DNA of 64,000 nt from Takakia lepidozioides. Its lineage: Eukaryota > Plantae > Bryophyta. The number at the start of each line of letters is the position of its first letter. The stretch's first letter is position 1. A program made the position numbers and the translations under genes. The stretch is from NCBI GenBank assembly GCA_030704615.1, contig CM060732.1, forward strand, positions 28,644,001-28,708,000, in the 5' to 3' direction. This document shows positions 1-12,918 of this stretch, one piece after another. Under the pieces are notes generated by a model. It did not search any database. It saw only the letters and a program-made list of their open reading frames with translations, and was not told the DNA's origin.

Positions 1-417
1 GAGAGGGGCAGTCCTATGCACAAGTTTGTTCAGCATCTTAAATTTGGACATGTTTGTTTGTTTCTCATGGTGAGGCTTTGGATGGAGCCCTTGACGAATT
101 TGCATGAATATTGTCAAAAGCTAGCCTTAATTCACCAAGATCCAATCCCACGGTGGATGCTTGAAAGTTCATATAGTGAATGTAAGGGTATTTGGGTATG
201 TTGTTACTGATTGATAGGCTTGCGAAAATTGAACATTGAAATGCAGATCCGCCATTTTTCTTCCAGAAAAAACAAAACACGGGATCTCTCCATGTAACAA
301 CGTGGGGATGACCAACCCCTTTTTTTGTGAAAAATTGAACTTAGTTCGCAGAATTCGTCGCTAGTATTGCGAAGCAACGCGAAGCCCTAGTGTGATAAAA
401 GAATTATATACCAACAA

Positions 418-648
418 TCAGTAGCTCAGATGGTTAAGTGCATTGAGTGCCACCCAGATGATTCTAGGGTCAAATCTTGCTACTGACGGGTGGGGTATGG
501 TTCCTGGGCAGTGTCCCACTCATTCGCCTCCATGGTGCATAAATGAAAGAGGTTATTTTCTTCTCTCACTACTAAGGGGACTGACTTGTGAGCTGTCGCT
601 CCCAGGTGTTTCCCCTTTTTCAAAAACAAAAAACAAAAAAAAAAACAA
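418..648 (+). mobile_element. tRNA-derived SINE-like element (degenerate)
   Basis: Pol III A-box-like TAGCTCAGATGG (422-433), B-box-like GGGTCAAATCT (467-477), and an A-rich tail at 622-648. No TSD identified. Confidence 0.45.
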
Positions 649-1749
649 ATTATGTGGGGAGCCATGAGAGCATCTGGTCAATCATCAAATGCAGTGATTG
701 TTCAGCCAACTATTCTAGGATTTCTCAGAGCTAAGGAAAATATTTTCCTAGAGCTTTATGCCTTGAAACATGCATTTGGAAATTTGATATTTGGAGTTTG
801 TTTGAGATTTTAGGCTTTTTTTTTAAAAGTTTCTGGAATTTCGGCAGTTTTTCCTAAATTTTCACTTTAATTATTAGGCAGATTCATTTCTAATTATTTA
901 GTGCCGGATCAGCCTTCCCACTACGGTACTCGAAGGTTTGACCCTTCCACTTCTACGACCTGCCACAACCATCATACCACCAAGCTATAACCTGTTCTTC
1001 CATTTATTGATTTTTATATTTGTTTTGTAAACATATGAAAATGATCTTGGCATGTACATGTGAATGATCTTGACTGCTATTAATGTGCTATTAATGTGCA
1101 GTTCCTTTTTTCATCCTAGTTGTTTACATGTTCAAAAAGTTCTTTTAGAAGGATTCCAACTCCTCACCTTTTCCTCTTCACTGCATTTAATGTGGTACAC
1201 ACCTCATTAAGTGAACGTTTATGGAACTCCTCCATATTAATATTTCTTACTCACTAGGGCAGGTATATCTACAACATAGGGCTTATCCGAGGGTGCTATA
1301 TCCTCGTTGTAGGTAATGGTGTAGGTATATCAGGGTTACCCCCCTTTTTCAACATTGATGCGTGGTCTCTTCTTGAGGGAGGAGCCAATAAAACAAGGCG
1401 TGAGATACATGTTGTTGACTAATTTGGTATATAATACCAGTGCATATATTGTGCACTTATGAGTCTTTCACCTATATAGCAATACAACACTAGTCTCTAT
1501 CATTTTTACTATAATGTATGTACTATTGTTTTTTTGTACTATTTATTATAGCATATTACATATATATCTTCATATGATATCATTCATAACTTATCACTTA
1601 CCTTTTTGGCAATGAGGGGAAAATGAAAATGGCATTGTGGGCTTGAGTAGAACACATAAAGAACATGAGGAACCTCTGATCACTTGGGATATAAACACAT
1701 TTTATCATTTGATCTATGAATAGATGAATATACATAGACAATCAGCCGT

Positions 1750-2945
1750 GAATAGAACACATTAAAAACATGAGGAGCATGTGCCCAGCTGGACCCACTC
1801 GAGGTATAAGGTACCTACTTCATGTTGCATATGCATGCATACTAATGTAGTCACTGATCAAGGCCAACCAAAAAATGAAAAAAATGAGTGTAACATGTGC
1901 CTAATTGGGAACTAAAAACTTTCATGTTCCCATTAAGTGAACAACCCATGATATAAGGTTAAGGGCACTTTGGCCAACTTGATGCGTAGTCCCTACCCTG
2001 TCGGCAGGGCCAATAAACTTATAAATATCTCCATCCATCCATCCATGGAACACATAGGGAACATGTGCCCAAGTGGGGACCCACTCAAGATATAAGGTAC
2101 CTAAGGTCCTTCAATACAGTGCCTGTTAATAAACTCATCACCAAGGGAAGTCATATGGAACATAGAGCACATGTAGCCAGTTGGGACCCACTCAAGATAT
2201 AACTTAAAGATACCTAAGGTCCTCCAATACAATGCGTGTCAATAAACTCACCGTTCACCAAGGGAAGTCATCAATATATGAAGCGAGGCGTTTGTTTTGT
2301 TTTGTTTTGTTTTGTAGAGTTGAGATGTCCCAAACTGCGGCCCCAGCCCTAGTGCTTGGTACCGTTGGAAAGCCCTCGATGAGGAGGGGTGCACAGGCTT
2401 AGTCTTATGATTTTTGGACTTGTGGTGTGGGAGATGTGGAATTTCAAGTACTTTGGGTCGTTGGAAATTCACGAAAAATAGCAAAGTGGGCATTCCTGGC
2501 ACAATGATTGGAGCCTCGACAAGAGAGATATCAAGGGAAAGGTCTTCGGTTCAAATCTAGTCGTATGCTCTGTGGGAAAAAAATGATTAGATATGGCTTG
2601 CTTCATATATTGATGCACTTGGACTTACATAACATTGGACACTTGGGCCAAAGGCACAGGTACCCTAGAGGTCACACTTGGGCCTCGACATAGGAGACGC
2701 ACTTGGATACATAGGGATTGCACTTGGACTTAGATGACAAGTTGGACATTTGGGCCAACGGCACATGCTACCTTAGTACGGAGCATAGAGAACATGTACC
2801 CAGTTGGGACCCACTCAATATATAAGGTACCTAAGTACAATGGATAGTAATATGTTCACATTCATCTACCATTGGAGCACATATGGAACATAAAGAACGT
2901 GTGCCCAGTTGGGACCCACTCAAGATATAGGGTCATAAGGTACTT
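1750..2945 (+). repeat. Dispersed ~55-bp direct repeats (about 5 copies)
   Basis: Motif GAACATGTGCCCAGTTGGGACCCACTCAAGATATAAGGTACCTAAG, with variants, near 1775, 2060, 2170, 2790 and 2895. Confidence 0.8.
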
Positions 2946-3043
2946 CCATGCAGACGAATGCATAGTCCTGCTAAAGGCAGAGCCAATAAAACAATCAAGG
3001 ATAAAAGTTAGTAGAGGAAGGGCTAAGGGAGGTAGGCCAGGTA

Positions 3044-3856
3044 TTGAACGTTCTGTTTGCCATGAAACAGAACCAACAGTATTTGAGCAGATCCTTCACA
3101 GAGGAAATACTCAAAGCCCTGAGAGGAGAAGAGGTAGCATGGGCGGACATAATGTACAACGCACTGGTAGAGGAGATGAAAAGATTACAGGGCACTGCCG
3201 CAAAGTCTCCTATCATAGTGTCTGGCCCAATCATTGCTCAAATAATTCTTGATTCTTGCATACTTGATGCTCGAGAAAGAAAGGAGATGGGAGTGTTTGA
3301 AACTGAAACCACTGCAATGGAAGAGCAAGGCTCTTCACACAGTGAGGGTGGACTGGCAGGGCAACCCCAGACTAAGAGACAGAGGCGGGGAAAGACTGTA
3401 GTGGCGGATCCACTGGCTTCACGGAAACCGCATGATAATGTTTCCCAAGCTCTTGTGCAAGAAGGGGCACAACAGCACAGAGAACTGCTATTATTGGAAG
3501 CAGGACCTTCAGAGAGGGAAGAGGAAGTTACTTCAGTATCACAGCCATCACAGCCAGATGATCGGCTTTCCACAGAGTTACCACAAGTTGTCCATGCAGT
3601 TCCACCAGAAATAATTGATTTGGAGAAAGAAGGGTTAGATATTCCCACTACAGAACAGGTGGTGGCAGAAATTGAGAAGGGGGACCTTCTATATGAATAT
3701 TCTGGTCTGGTCAGGGAAACAGTGATTCCGGAGGTGCAACGGTTGTCCAGGGGAAACCCTGCGGTGTATATAATACACACACCTGTGACGGAGGTACCAC
3801 AGGGAGAATGTCAAGACACTGCAACACCGGTGACGGATGAAGTGGTTCAAGAAGAA
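3044..3856 (+). pseudogene. Unknown acidic/low-complexity ORF, 5' part, interrupted by the LTR retrotransposon
   Basis: The 284-aa ORF 3044-3898 runs into the LTR at 3857. Coding-like sequence resumes after 10791. Confidence 0.45.
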
Positions 3857-4580
3857 TGTCGCGCACCTCATTTCGGTAAGCTCCCCCTCAAGTCATAGAT
3901 ACTCGCTTTGATGCACGCACCTGACTCCCAACCGGCCGTCGGGCCAACTTGGAGCTTCGGCTGCTCACCGGGACATAACGGTCCCCCCTACGCTCTCCCG
4001 AAAGACCCTCCACCTATTTGGGCCTAGTGGAATTCCCTTTGGTAGTTGGCAGTCCGGAACAGCTCCCCACTCTTTGGTCGCTTTCCGGCTCGCTCGCTTA
4101 CTCACTAGTTTTTGGTCACCAACGGGCTTGCACCGTTCTCGGGGTTACTACTCCCTATATATACTTCTGTAGCTGTCCGCGGGGGTTTCACAACCAGCCA
4201 TGCCATTTTATGGCGAACCACCACGAAGACCCTCGATTCCCGGTGGTGAGTCGCGGTGAGTCTTGGCCCACTCACCGCGGCCCCAATGGACCGTGATGAG
4301 TCCCAAGACTCCCCACGACTCCCACCTCGAGGTCTCCACCCCATGGTGAGTCCTATGCCACCCCCACTAAGTCCCGCTAAGCTACACCACCCTTGTGGAG
4401 CCACCCCCCACCGCAACCCGGTGTGCGGGGCTCCACCTAGTGAGCGCCTCCGCCTCCTTGAGTGCCTTGGGCACTCAAGGGTGCTTCAGCCCCCCATACC
4501 TATCGCTGCCGCTGCCCCCACCACAGGGGCAGCCCCTCATGTGTCCCGACCCCCTGCCCTCAAGGCAAAGGGCCGCGACA
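3857..4580 (-). repeat. 3' LTR of chromovirus
   Basis: TGTCGCGCACC...GGCCGCGACA; near-identical to 10078-10791. Confidence 0.95.
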
Positions 4581-5480
4581 CACACCCCTACCAACAGGGA
4601 GTCGATGTCCTCATCGACTTGTCCATTTTGTAGAAACGAACATCCAAGTTGTGGCGTCCCACATCAAGGAGTTTGTTTCCGCACCATGGCGTCCCATGGC
4701 AAAGAACCAAACCCCACACTTGACTCTACTCTCCACTAGCTAGTTCGGCCGACTTCCTCCAAGTCCCGGCCAAGGGTGGAGCCTCTCCAGCTCCTCCCAG
4801 TGCACTCTTCTTGGCCTACTTCAAGGCCAAGGAACGATCCTCCCCGAGGATCGAATCGCCTTACTGCAACAACATTGCTTGCGATCGCATGATGCCGCTT
4901 TTGGCATCACCTTGAGCAAGGGTTCCCTGGAACCCTCTTTGACTAGGAAGATAACCTTGAACCAACCGTGCGCCCCAATCACTACAATTGGGTCCGCCTT
5001 GGAATGCTGGCCTGAGGTACGGGAACACGCCGAAGCCGCACTACGACTTCGTCCCGAGGCTACACGATTATAGTACGTGAACGGAAGCACGTAGCTTCCG
5101 CGTTAGCCCGCACTACAAGGCAACCCCCTCGGTAGCGCAGTTATAGTACGCGCACGCGCCAGGTGCGCACTAGCACGTGAACTCCCAAAGAAGCGCAAGT
5201 TTCCTTGCCCCTTGGATGGGGGTCACCCGATTTCGGCACTACGCAAACACACGATTAACCCAATTTACCTCTCCCACTTTTTATAAGCTAGCATGCATTC
5301 TACACACTAGCCAACCACACCATGCATCACCATTCCAAACAAATAGGACGCACAACATTTGGAACCCATTTCATTTATACACGTTTTGTACAATACAAGT
5401 TTTTGCAATCGGATTCCTAAGCTAGCTAAGCCGGGCTAAGCATGCATTTCCTCCCCCACGCTCCAAGGTTGATGTCCCCA

Positions 5481-8400
5481 TCAACGCTTCTTCCGCTTTT
5501 GAGGTCGCCCTTCGAAAGCTGCAACCGCCTCGGATGCGTTTCCCATTTCTGAGGCACGCACCCAAGATGCCTCCACATGATGATAGCCCTTCCATTTGAC
5601 GAGATACTCCGTTTCTCGGTTCTTGAACCTCCTCGACTTAAGTATTGCCTCCACCTCGTACTCAGGTTCATTTTCATGATCCAACAGCATAGGTGGCGGA
5701 CGCAACACTTGATGCCGATTCGGACGCGCTTCATCTTTGAAGTAAGGCTTCAAAAGGGAGACATGGAATACTGGGTGCACCTTGCTGTTTGCCGGCAGCT
5801 CCAATTCATACACATCCTCATTCATAACCTTCCGAATGCGAAAGGGTCCCGCATACGGAGGTACGAACTTCGGACTCACTTCCGGAGGTAGTCGGAAATT
5901 CTTGATGTTCAACCAGACCTCTGTGCCTGCCTCAAACTTCACTTCCCTCCGCTTCCGATTCGCCTGCCTTTCATACCGTTTCCTAGCTTTGGCAATGTTG
6001 TACTTTGCGAGCTTCAACAAACGCTCGCGTTCTTCCAGTACCGCCGCTACTGCCGGTTCCTCAACGTCCTGGGCGGCCCAACTTGTCGGCACCAGAGGTG
6101 CTTTTCCATAGACCAATACGAAAGGGGAAACTCCCGTTGCGGAGTGTTCTGTGTTATTATAACAGAACTCTGCCGCGTCTAAGTGTTCCATCCAGTCTGA
6201 TTGGTCTGCCGACACGTAATTCCGCAAGATTGCTTCACTACGGAATTCACTCTTTCCGTTTGGCCGTCCGTCGTAGGTCGGAAGGTGCTCATCTTCAGCC
6301 TCGTCCCCATCTTCTTCCAAAGTGTCCTCCAAATTACTCGTAAACTTTGGATCGCGGTCCGAGACAATATCCTTCGGGACTCCATGATGCTTTAAGACGT
6401 GGGCGAAGTAAAGTCGCCCTGTCTCCTGCGCCGTTGCCGTCTCCTTGGTGGGGATGAAATGGCCCATTTTACTGAACCTATCCACCACCACCATGATTGC
6501 ATCGAATCCTTTTGACAGCGGCATAGCAGTCATGAAATCCATCGAGACGCTTTCCCAAGTCCCCTCTGGAATCGGCAAGGGTTGTAACAGCCCCGCTTGC
6601 TTTTTGTACTCGCTCCGGTTTTGTTGGCATGTGGTGCATGTCTTGACATACTCCTCTGCCTCCTCCCTCAGTTTGGGGCCAGAAATACTCTTTCTTCAAG
6701 AGTGCCGCAGTGCGCTTGGCTCCGCCGTGGCCCGCAAGCGGGCTATCATGGCATTCTCTCAAGAGGCTATCTCTGATCCCTCCCTTTGGCACGTAGAGAC
6801 GTTTTTGCTTATACCGGAGCAGTCCATTTTGCAAGTGGAACTGCGATTTAACCCCCATCCTCAAGTCCTGCATCACGGACTTCGCCAGCTCATCCTTCCG
6901 GCAAGCCTTCCGGATCTTCCTTTGGAGCGCCGTCTCGCCCTTGTACACCAACAAGAGCTGCTGCTTTCTACTTAAAGCATCGGCCACCACGTTGTCTCGT
7001 CCCGGTTTGTACTGGATATCCACGTCGAACATGCCAAAGTATCTTGCCACCTAAGTTGTTTTGGGGACAACTTGGGCTGCGTGGCAAAATACTTCACCGT
7101 GACATTGTCCGTGAACACCTTCACTGGGTTGGAACCAACATAGTGGCGCCAAAGCTCAAGACATGCACCACCGCCTTCATCTCTTTTTCGTGCGTCGGCC
7201 ACCGTCGCTCCACTTCATTCAGTTTCTTACTTTCGTAAGCCACTGGACGTCCATCTTGCATAAGTACCCCCAATCGCGAAGTCCGACGCATCTGTATGAA
7301 TCTCAAACGGACGATCGAACTCCGGGATTTTCAAGACTGGAGCTTCCGCCATCCGCTGCTTCAATTCAGCAAAAGCTTGGCCACAAAATGTGTTCCATAC
7401 CCAGACTTTGGATTTACACAGAAGGTCCGACAGCGGCCCCGCGATCTTGGCGAAATTTCTCACATACTTCCGGTAATAGGAGGCGAGTCCTAGGAAGGAT
7501 CGCACTCCCGGGACCGAAGTCGGAGGCTCCCAGTCCAAGATCGCCCTCACCTTTCTGTCATCCATTTTGATCCCATCCTGTGTAATCACATGCCCCAGGA
7601 ACTCCACTTTTGTGACCCCGAATTCGCACTTTGAAGCTTTGGCATACAGCTTCCCTTCCCGCAATTTTTGGAACACCCTTTTGAGGTGCTCCAGGTGCTC
7701 CTCCTTTGTTTTCGAGTACACCAAGATGTCGTCGATGTACACGATCACAAAGTCATCCAACCACTCCTGGAAAAGGCTGTTCATCAGCGTGCTAAATGTC
7801 GCTGGTGCATTGGTGAGCCCAAAAGGCATCACCAAGAACTCATATGAACCATACCTTGTCCTGCACGCGGTCTTCTCCTCATCTCCTTCCGCCACCCGAA
7901 TTTGGTGATAGCCGGAGCGCAAGTCGATCCGGCTGAAATACTTCGCTCCTGCCAACCGATCGAAGAGGTCGTCGATCCTTGGCAAAGGGTACCGGTTTTT
8001 GATAGTCACCTTATTCAGAGCCCTGTAATCGACACACATCCGCAGCGTCCCATCCTTCTTGTCTGCAAATAGCACCGGGGCTCCGTAAGGTGACTTACTC
8101 GGCCGGATGTACCCCTTTGACATTAGATCCTTGAGCTGAGTCTTCAGCTCGACCAAACTCTCTGTGGCTCAACCGGTAGGGCGCCTTGGCAGGCGGTTCC
8201 GATCCCGGTATCACCTCAATCTTGTGGTCAACTCCTCTTCGCGGTGGCAAGCCGCTTGGTAAATCCTCCGGCATCACATCCTGGTATTTCTCCAAAATCC
8301 CCTTGATCCAATCTGGGCTCGGCTCCCCATCGCCTTCTCCTTTCACTTCTCTAATGTAAAGCAAAAACTGGGGCTCGTGTGCCTCCTCCACGGCCCACTC

Positions 8401-8807
8401 CTTTGCTGACAGAAGGTTTATTCGCCCTCCCACGGATTTGGGGCGTTTCCGACACTCGTAAAACCTCGCCACCATTCCCACATGGCAGCGTGACTACTCT
8501 CTTGCGGCCTATGACCGCTCCGGATTTGCTCAAAAAGGTCATCCCCAAAATGAGATCCACTCCATCGATCTCGCAGATGGTGAAGTTCTCACGTCCCTCC
8601 CAACTCCCCAGTTGAAGAGGAACATCAACGCCAACCTTGTCGCCACTGTGGTTCTCCTTTGGCAGAACGCACCTCAATAGAGGCCCCCACGTCACTTGTC
8701 GGGAGTCCCAGCTTTTGTGCCGTTGCCGGTGTCATGAAGGAGTGCGACGCTCCTGTGTCCACCAACAACGACACATTAGTTCCGGATATTATCCCATCCA
8801 CGAACAA
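5481..8807 (-). pseudogene. pol: Pol (protease, RT, RNase H, integrase, chromodomain), frameshifted
   Basis: LLVDTGASHSF (PR); MPFGLTNAP and YIDD (RT); TDASD and ADALSR (RH); HHCC, SMDF and VSDRD (IN); YEVEAIL..EYLVKWKGY...SW (chromodomain). Confidence 0.95.
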
Positions 8808-8849
8808 TAACTGACTCCCTTTCGTAAGGCGCCAGTTTCCTGATACAAC

Positions 8850-10022
8850 TCACAAGAAAATTTGCCTACCTTGCAAGTCCTGGCGACCACCGCTTCCACC
8901 AAGCGACTGATGGTATCTTCCGACAGCCGTGGTCGCCCGAGTCATGTTCAATTGCCGGGGCTTCGTGCACTTCTTGGCCATGTGCCCGGGCTCCCCGCAA
9001 TTGAAACACACTCCATCAAAGGTCGCCTTCTCCGCCATAAGCCGCTCCACCCGCTTTTCCTTTCGAAGCACCGGGTGCCGCCTTGACGTGTGAAGGCCCT
9101 CCCTTCGATTTCCACGTGCCATTTCGCCGCGTGGCCTATCCCACTTCTTTTCCGGTCGGAAGGAGTCACCTTCCCGCCGGGTCTTCTTGTGGTTCAGCTC
9201 CGTACGGCCTTGTCTTTCACCCCTAGGGACATCTGAGAAACATTCAGCCCTCTCAATTGCCTCGTTCAAAGTCTTGGGTGGCTTCTCCTCCAACTTCCGC
9301 CTGGCCCATGGGGCCAGTCCCGCCACAAAGTTGAAGACCATTTCTGGTTCTGCCATGTCGCGACTTCGAGCAAAGCACATTGAAAGCCTGGACATATCCC
9401 CGAATGTCATCTGTTTGCTTCAAATTCCTCATCTTGTCCCGGGCAAGCCAGGACGCGTTGAGGGGCACAAACTGTCTCTTCATCAATTCCTTGAACCCAC
9501 TCCAGTTCAAGGTTTCCGGGCTTGGGCCTCGGTCGTGAAGGCGTTTCTGCCACCATTGTTGAGCATAGCCCCTCAAATAGGTGGGAGCCACTTCCACCCG
9601 ATCCTCGTCACTCAACTTGGCCGCCCGGAAGTACTGCTCTAGCTCCAGGAGCCAGGTGTTGAGTGCCTTCCGATTTCGGACGCCCTCGAAGGTGCCGGGT
9701 TCCTTAGGCTTCACCTTAAACTTTGCCTTAGTGGAAGTGGCATTAGCCGCCTTCAACACGTCTTTCAACGTCCCGCCAAACTGCGCCAACAACCTTCCCA
9801 AAAGGCTGCCGGCATGGGAGGCATCTCTTGGTTTGTCGGAGCTCTCAAGGATTCCTCGGGCTCCGACTCCTCGGATTCCTCCCGCTCTTGAGCGGCCTCG
9901 TTTTCGGAAACATGCATCGCTTCCTCAAACGGCCGCCTCGGTGACACGTCGCCCCCATCGGGCTCACCGGGATCATCATCTTTTGGGCCGTTCCGCTTTC
10001 GCTTCGGCTTGCCCGACCCCAT
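8850..10022 (-). pseudogene. gag: Gag (retrotransposon capsid plus CCHC zinc knuckle), frameshifted
   Basis: ORFs 9765-10076, 9253-9801 and 8850-9410. Motifs EPGTFEG..WLLELEQYF, YLRGYAQQWW and CFNCGEPGHMAKKC. Confidence 0.9.
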
Positions 10023-10063
10023 GATGAGGCCAATCCCAAGGACGATCGCGTACTGAACTCTAA

Positions 10064-10075
10064 GCTCTGATACCA
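10064..10075 (-). promoter_or_regulatory. Primer binding site, tRNA-iMet
   Basis: Minus strand TGGTATCAGAGC, 2 nt from the 5' LTR. Confidence 0.93.
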
Positions 10076-10077
10076 AG

Positions 10078-10791
10078 TGTCGCGCACCTCACTTCGGTAA
10101 GCTCCCCTTCAAGTCATAGTTACTCGCTTTGATGCGCGCGCCTGACTCCCAACCTGGCCGCCGGGCCAACTTGGAGCTTCGGCTGCTCACCGAGGACATA
10201 ACGGTCCCCCCTACGCTCTCCCGAAGACCCCCCCTATTTGGGCCTAGTGGAATTCCCTTTGGTAGTTGGCAGTCCGGAACAGCTCCCCACTCTTTGGTCG
10301 CTTTCCGGCTCGCTCGCTTGCTTACTAGATTTTGGTCACCAACGGGCTTGCACCGTTCTCGGGGTACTACTCCCTATATATACTTCTGTAGCTGTCCGCG
10401 GGGGTTTTCACAACCCATGCCATTTTATGGCGAACCACCACGGAGACCCTCGATTCCCGGTGGTGAGTCGCGGTGAGTCTTGGCCACTCACCGCGGCCCC
10501 AATGGACCGTGATGGTCCCAAGACTCCCCACGACTCCCCCCTCGAGGTCTCCACCCCATGGTGAGTCCTACCCCCCCACTAGTCCCGCTAAGCTACCACC
10601 ACACCCTTGTGGAGCCACCCCACCGCAACCCGTGGTGCGGGGCTTCACCTAGTGAGAGCCCTCCGCCTCCTTGAGTGCCTTGGGCACTCAAGGGTGCTTC
10701 AGCCCCCATACCTATCACTGCCCTGCCCGGTCCCCCAGCCACAGGGGCAGCTCCTCATGTGTCCCGACCCCCAAGGCAAAAGGGCGCGACA
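10078..10791 (-). repeat. 5' LTR of chromovirus
   Basis: TGTCGCGCACC...GGCGCGACA; the PBS lies immediately internal. Confidence 0.95.
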
Positions 10792-12183
10792 AGAAATTTG
10801 GGGGGCAATGGCCTGAGTGGTTCGTGAGGCATCACACTGTTGAGGATCAGGGAGAACAGCAGCAACTCACCATGATGACCCTCAACAGGCCATGCTTATG
10901 AGTTCCATAAGCAGGACACTTTAATTTGTTGGGCACTTATGTCAAATCCCATGTTCCAACTACCCAATTGGCAGCTTTGAGGGAGGAACTCAGGAAGGAG
11001 TTTGAGGCTCGACTTGCCACTGAGTGTGCAAACAAGGTCGATGAAGAGGTCACTCTCAAGATGCAACAAGACTTAGAGAGTACAGAAGCGGCTTTGCAAT
11101 TGGTCAAGGAACAATTGATTGAGGCAGGCCTCGCACAAGACCAGTTGCACGAAGCACATAACAGCAACACCCAAATGCAGATGAAGCATGAAAGCAAGTT
11201 GCAAGAAGTGACTGCACTACATATGAAGTTGCAGACAGTGCATGACAGGATGGCCATACAATGTGCTACACTCACAACTATGCTTGACCAAGCTACAATA
11301 GAAATAAACAGTCAAGCGGAAAGATGTACGAAGGCAGAGGCAGAGAATATTGAGCAAGTGAAACTCATTGTCGATATGAAGAATACAATCTGTCGCCTGA
11401 GAATACTCAAGCAATACAGGCAGGTTGAAGCTGACCAAGAGAGGTACATCCTGGAGTTGCAACAAACGCTCATGGTAAATAGAATGAACTCTCTGTGGCT
11501 AACAAGGCTTGGAAGGAAGCCAATAATCTGGCTGCTGCCTATACAAGTTTGGTTGAACCAGACTCTAAGGGGTGCCACAAGCAACTTGGTGGATAACCAC
11601 CTTATGCAGGTCTAGTTAGCACAAGGGCCGGTGGATGGCAAAGCACCACGAAAGCTCACCCTAAGCGAATGAATGAGCTCAGACTGCAAGTGCAGAACAT
11701 TGCCACACTAATATGACAATGTTATAGTAGGATAGCGAGTTACAGGAGGATGTAGACGGCCTGCAGAATCAAGTGGAGGACCTCACTTCAAATATTGACA
11801 AGAGAGTCTGTGTACCTGAGGAACAACTAATGACTTCTTATTTACAAGCGAAAACTTTGGCTTTTCAATCTTCTTCACAGGGGGTGCAGGAGATGCCAAT
11901 GGTACAAGAGCCAGTGCCACCAACACCACAACAAGTCACTGTGCCAGTAGCTGACCCTGATGTTACTACAGCCACACAGCCACCACAACCTGTGGTATGG
12001 GGGAATGCTGCTTTTAACCCACCTAAAACTCCTACTGCACGGGAGTACAGTAGGGCTATGATTATGCCCTTCAACCAAATTCCCATTGTGTTGGATTTGG
12101 CTGGAAAGAATTTAGTCCTCCGCAGTCGCTGGCACATTACTATCATCAAATCATGCGCATTTGTGGCTGCTAGTGGCAACTAG
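10792..12183 (+). pseudogene. Unknown coiled-coil-like ORF, 3' part (degenerate)
   Basis: ORFs 10926-11615 (E/Q/L-rich, heptad-like) and 11773-12183, on the same strand as 3044-3856 and directly after the LTR. Confidence 0.4.
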
Positions 12184-12841
12184 GACTAAAGTTCTTCCGA
12201 ACAATCGACCAATTGAGGATCATTACTTTTCGCAGTACTGGCATGAGGCAAGTACCATGCTGAAGGAATTGTAGTGTGAAAAGAAGGGGCGTGAATCCCG
12301 TTTTGGTTAATCCTAAAGCTGTGGTCCTCCCCTCCCCCCCAGTTGGTTTGTGCCCAGCAAAGGAAAGGAGCATTCTTACTCTGTCCAACCATCGTCACAC
12401 GGCTATATGGGTTTTCCTTTAGGTTCGTTCGTGATCAGAGTTTACGGAATCCTCATCCACGCCGCAGCGGAAGAGAAGACATGATGGGGAGTTTTTGAAT
12501 TTGTTCTTGGTCTCGGTTCTACTTCTATACGACAGCCTGGCCCTATGATCACGGCGCCAACAGTGTTGGCGTGATCTTTTCTGTGATGCAAGCAGCCCAA
12601 TGGCAGCGGTAAACAGGACCCTTTGTGTGAAGCCCCCTTGAGCAGCGACACGTCGGAAATCCCCTTTTGTAATGGTGACACACATTTAGGAGAAGGCAGC
12701 TCAGGTCTTCTTGAACTGCAGAGGCACTGGTTTCATTCAGGGTTCAGGTTTTTCTTCATCTCATCTCCCCAAATTGGCCATCCCCCCCCCCCCCCCCCCC
12801 CATCAGCCCTTTTGCTGAACAGCTCTCTCTTTTCCCAAATC

Positions 12842-12845
<4 letters not shown>

Positions 12846-12916
<71 letters not shown>
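12846..12916. repeat. (CT)n microsatellite; shorter tracts at ~13107-13128 and ~13473-13494
   Basis: Directly visible. Confidence 0.97.

Positions 12917-12918
<2 letters not shown>

Larger units (their letters stand above)
3857..10791 (-). mobile_element. Full-length Ty3/gypsy chromovirus LTR retrotransposon
   Basis: Two similar LTRs with TG...CA ends and inverted termini (TGTCGCG...CGCGACA). TSD AGAA at 3853-3856 and 10792-10795 (possibly AAGAA with a homopolymer indel). tRNA-iMet PBS. Domain order gag-PR-RT-RH-IN-chromodomain. Confidence 0.97.

Noticed and set aside
422-480. Functional tRNA gene
   Set aside because: A/B-box-like motifs are present, but I could not form a convincing cloverleaf, and the downstream A-rich tail suggests a SINE relic.
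4018-5425. ORFs in the LTR and 3' untranslated region of the chromovirus
   Set aside because: GC-rich incidental frames; the LTR ORFs are not conserved in frame between the two LTRs.
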